Shown here piece after piece: positions 61,592 through 64,000 of a stretch of 64,000 bases of DNA. Positions within the stretch are counted from its first letter, which is position 1. Each line of letters opens with the position of its first letter. A program made the translations under genes and the position numbers. This stretch comes from a virus. The stretch lies in IMG/VR virus record IMGVR_UViG_3300024999_000002; one strand, given 5' to 3'. A model generated the notes under the pieces. That model had not been told where the DNA came from. It saw nothing but the letters and a program-made list of their open reading frames with translations, and searched no databases.

Positions 61592-62128
61592 TTAACTTAA
61601 TTGTTGTAATATATCTAAATTATCTAAAAAAGATTGTGTATCTCCAGTTGAGGCCGCATAAGCTAAATTATTAAGAAGACGCATATTTTCTAATATCTCA
61701 TCTTTTGTCTTATAATCTAAGTATATCCTATAACTCAAAAATTCTTTTATTTTCTCTGCGGTTATAAGCGCCGCAAAACCTTCAGTATAACTATAGGTGT
61801 AACTTGCTGAATAACCCCCTCCTGCCGGACTAATTTGTAAACTAAAGTCATAAATACCATCCTCAAAGGTATCTCCTGCTAGTCCTAATAGGATCGGTGT
61901 TATTTCCATAGAAGCTAGATCAGACAAACTAGAAAACTCATAGTAGTAATTAACGCTATCAAAACCTACCACCAACCTCACAGGATTAGTAACTATATCT
62001 TTTTCATAGTTAGGTGTCCCCCATCCCTCAGGATTAGTAGTTACATTGTAATCACCTGTTGTGTCTGTGAATGTAAAGTATTCTGCATTAGCAGCCTCTA
62101 CAATAGTGAAATTCATTTTTAGTGCCAT
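61592..62128 (-). CDS. Structural-module hypothetical protein
   Basis: 178-aa ORF. Confidence 0.5.
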   Translation of the reverse strand: MALKMNFTIVEAANAEYFTFTDTTGDYNVTTNPEGWGTPNYEKDIVTNPVRLVVGFDSVNYYYEFSSLSDLASMEITPILLGLAGDTFEDGIYDFSLQISPAGGGYSASYTYSYTEGFAALITAEKIKEFLSYRIYLDYKTKDEILENMRLLNNLAYAASTGDTQSFLDNLDILQQLS

Positions 62129-62418
62129 TATTTTGATCCTCCACGTTTGTTACGTTCCTCTTTATTACTCTCAGTTATTACTTGTAGCGCTTTAGTTATA
62201 TTGTCTAATTTTAGTTCAATAATTTCTTTGTCGGCTTTTTCCATTTCAAGTTGCTTTCCAAGCACTTCTAAATTAGTTAATCTATAATTTGTAGAAAAAT
62301 AAAAGGCAGTACCTAGTGTAAGTACACTAAATATAATACCAATCATGTACCTCATTAGGCTTAATTTAAGTTCTTTCAAGAACTCGCTTTCTCGTTCTGA
62401 CATAGTGGTTAAAGGCAT
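62128..62418 (-). CDS. Small membrane protein with a coiled-coil
   Basis: MRYMIGIIFSVLTLGTAFYF hydrophobic segment. Confidence 0.45.
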   Translation of the reverse strand: MPLTTMSERESEFLKELKLSLMRYMIGIIFSVLTLGTAFYFSTNYRLTNLEVLGKQLEMEKADKEIIELKLDNITKALQVITESNKEERNKRGGSK

Positions 62419-62430
62419 GTTAGGTTAATA

Positions 62431-63093
62431 TTAATTCTGATTCTCTTCTGTATTTTGTATTTGATATCCTACTTGGTCTTTTACAGCTGCAAAAGCTTTC
62501 TTAGCTGCTCTATACACTATCTCTCTATGTACTATAGGATGTAGTAGGCAATCTGCCGCCGCGTAAGCCCCATCAATAGAGGTTTGTGCGGTTAATGTAC
62601 TTATTATAATTGGAGCAGGTTTTGCTACATACAAGCCTTTTATACTTGCTCCTGTAACAGCTGTTATACCGTCTGTAATAATAATTAGTTTATCATTGTC
62701 TATCAATCTCCAGTATAAATCTATATAAGGTTTTGCCCAAGGATTACTTTTACTTGTATAGTACGAGTTATAATCAATTGGTTTAACTCCTCTATCATTA
62801 ACAAACTCTATAAAAGGATAAAAGAAATCGGTTGGGAATGCCACTGAATAAGCATTAGGAATAATACTATAAGATGTTATAGTAGGATTGCTGTATGGAG
62901 TAAGAAGTTTCTCTAGTACCATTCTAGCATAGTCATCTCCATCCTGTAAATTTTTAGCCACCTCTAAAGCAACTTCTTCTTCACCTTGTGTTAGTAATAC
63001 AGATATTTCACGATCTGTATAAGCAGGGGCATTCATACTAGCGATACTTTCGTACACTATTCTAAATTCATATTTCATTTCTAATGCTGTCAT
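62431..63093 (-). CDS. Structural-module hypothetical protein
   Basis: 220-aa ORF. Confidence 0.5.
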   Translation of the reverse strand: MTALEMKYEFRIVYESIASMNAPAYTDREISVLLTQGEEEVALEVAKNLQDGDDYARMVLEKLLTPYSNPTITSYSIIPNAYSVAFPTDFFYPFIEFVNDRGVKPIDYNSYYTSKSNPWAKPYIDLYWRLIDNDKLIIITDGITAVTGASIKGLYVAKPAPIIISTLTAQTSIDGAYAAADCLLHPIVHREIVYRAAKKAFAAVKDQVGYQIQNTEENQN

Positions 63094-63127
63094 ATGTTAG
63101 CATGTTAAATAAAGTGTGTAGTTCGTT

Positions 63128-64000
63128 TTATTTAAAGTATTTGTAGTAATCCGTCAGGTCAACCCAATAAGTATAGGTGGCCTTTTCATAAATCAAAAAT
63201 AGTTTATCGGCAGTTGAGCACATACAGGTATAGCCATATGTAACATCGGTATCTATCAGTAAGAATGGAATAAACGCCCTAAACTTTTTACTAATGAATA
63301 GCGTTATATCACTCCTGTCCAACTCATTATCTGGACAGGTAACAAGCAAAGTTTTAGGTAATTTATGAGTTCCTATTTGCGTAGGAGTTCCTGATAGTGT
63401 ATGGGTTTTATTTGCTTTTGCGGCTATCCACGTTTGCCCTAAATCATCGGTTGTGTAGATATATTTTGTATTGATAAAAGCACGACCGATAAGCATTATC
63501 TTATTTGGTTCGTATTCAATAACCGAGCATTCAGATATTGGGGCAGCAATTAGATTGCTTCTTAGCCATGTAGTACCTCCGTTAGTAGAGTAAATAAACC
63601 CGCCTCGAACCTGCCAATCTTCACCAGTTTCTAATTGGTTAGTTGATTGACGAGCCTCGTAAATTGGTACTACTAAAGTTCCATTAGCTAAAACAATACC
63701 TTTATTACTTCCACCGGGTAGCATTAAGTTTGAACCACTTTCTGAAAGTAATGATTTTAAAGATACTTCGCCAGACCATGTTACTCCGTTATCATCTGAA
63801 TACCTATAAAAGAAATCCCAAATCAAATCGTTAATAACAACACCGCTTAATGCTTCTTCTGTGTGATTATCTACCGAATGAGAAAACACATAAATTCTAT
63901 TTGTTGATGGATTTTTTAAAATTATATTACTTCCTACCCTTGATTTAGCATCAACCTCATTATTTAATATGACTTTAATACCAACCCCAAATGTAATACC
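63128..64000 (-). CDS. BNR/Asp-box beta-propeller (sialidase-like glycosidase), N-terminus beyond the window
   Basis: Asp-boxes SDDNGVTWS, STNGGTTWL, TDDLGQTWI. My hand translation shows the frame stays open from 63889 to 64000 (...GITFGVGIKVILNNEVDAKSRVGSNIILKNPSTNRIYVFSHS). Confidence 0.6.
   Translation of the reverse strand, partial: GITFGVGIKVILNNEVDAKSRVGSNIILKNPSTNRIYVFSHSVDNHTEEALSGVVINDLIWDFFYRYSDDNGVTWSGEVSLKSLLSESGSNLMLPGGSNKGIVLANGTLVVPIYEARQSTNQLETGEDWQVRGGFIYSTNGGTTWLRSNLIAAPISECSVIEYEPNKIMLIGRAFINTKYIYTTDDLGQTWIAAKANKTHTLSGTPTQIGTHKLPKTLLVTCPDNELDRSDITLFISKKFRAFIPFLLIDTDVTYGYTCMCSTADKLFLIYEKATYTYWVDLTDYYKYFK

Noticed and set aside
1-64000. CRISPR arrays, integrase or lysogeny genes, transposases, rRNA
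   Set aside because: I found no regularly spaced direct repeats, and no tyrosine or serine recombinase, repressor or IS-like ORFs. The window looks like a virulent phage.

Overview
This AT-rich, tightly packed window looks like part of a large virulent dsDNA phage genome. Host-type promoters (TTTG-N20-TAnnTTTG) point to a Bacteroidota host. No rRNA, CRISPR array or integrase is visible. There are two convergent arms. The plus-strand arm (0.17-31.0 kb) carries replication, recombination and nucleotide-metabolism genes: an intron-split family A DNA polymerase, SF2 helicase, DnaB-like helicase, primase-like protein, Sak4-like ATPase, SSB-like protein, T7 endonuclease I-like resolvase, FEN, UDG, an adenylosuccinate-synthetase (PurA/PurZ family) homolog and two metallophosphoesterases. 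The minus-strand arm (31.06-64.0 kb) carries virion, ejection and lysis genes: ORFs of 1306, 3895, 705, 637 and 1228 aa, an M15 endolysin, a holin candidate, a 1009-aa tail fibre and a BNR/sialidase-like protein that runs off the window. The 3895-aa ORF has a DFDVD motif like the virion RNA polymerases of crAss-like phages, so a crAss-like or related podophage is my best guess. The arms meet at a bidirectional terminator (31008-31040). Five observations stand out. (1) A tRNA gene is split in its anticodon loop by a 531-nt insert that carries a PD-(D/E)XK homing-endonuclease ORF and a complete second tRNA-like cloverleaf. (2) Group I introns sit exactly inside catalytic motifs of the DNA polymerase and of a JAB/MPN peptidase; the JAB intron carries its LAGLIDADG gene antisense. 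(3) A phage-encoded run of Ubl-like, possible E2-like, JAB and E1-like (ThiF) genes is followed by a protein with a ribosomal L7/L12 C-terminal domain. (4) A divergent PurA/PurZ-family enzyme sits next to a vWA protein. (5) There are five homing-endonuclease genes, four of them with the same host-type promoter. All functional calls come from reading motifs in the supplied translations. No database search was run.
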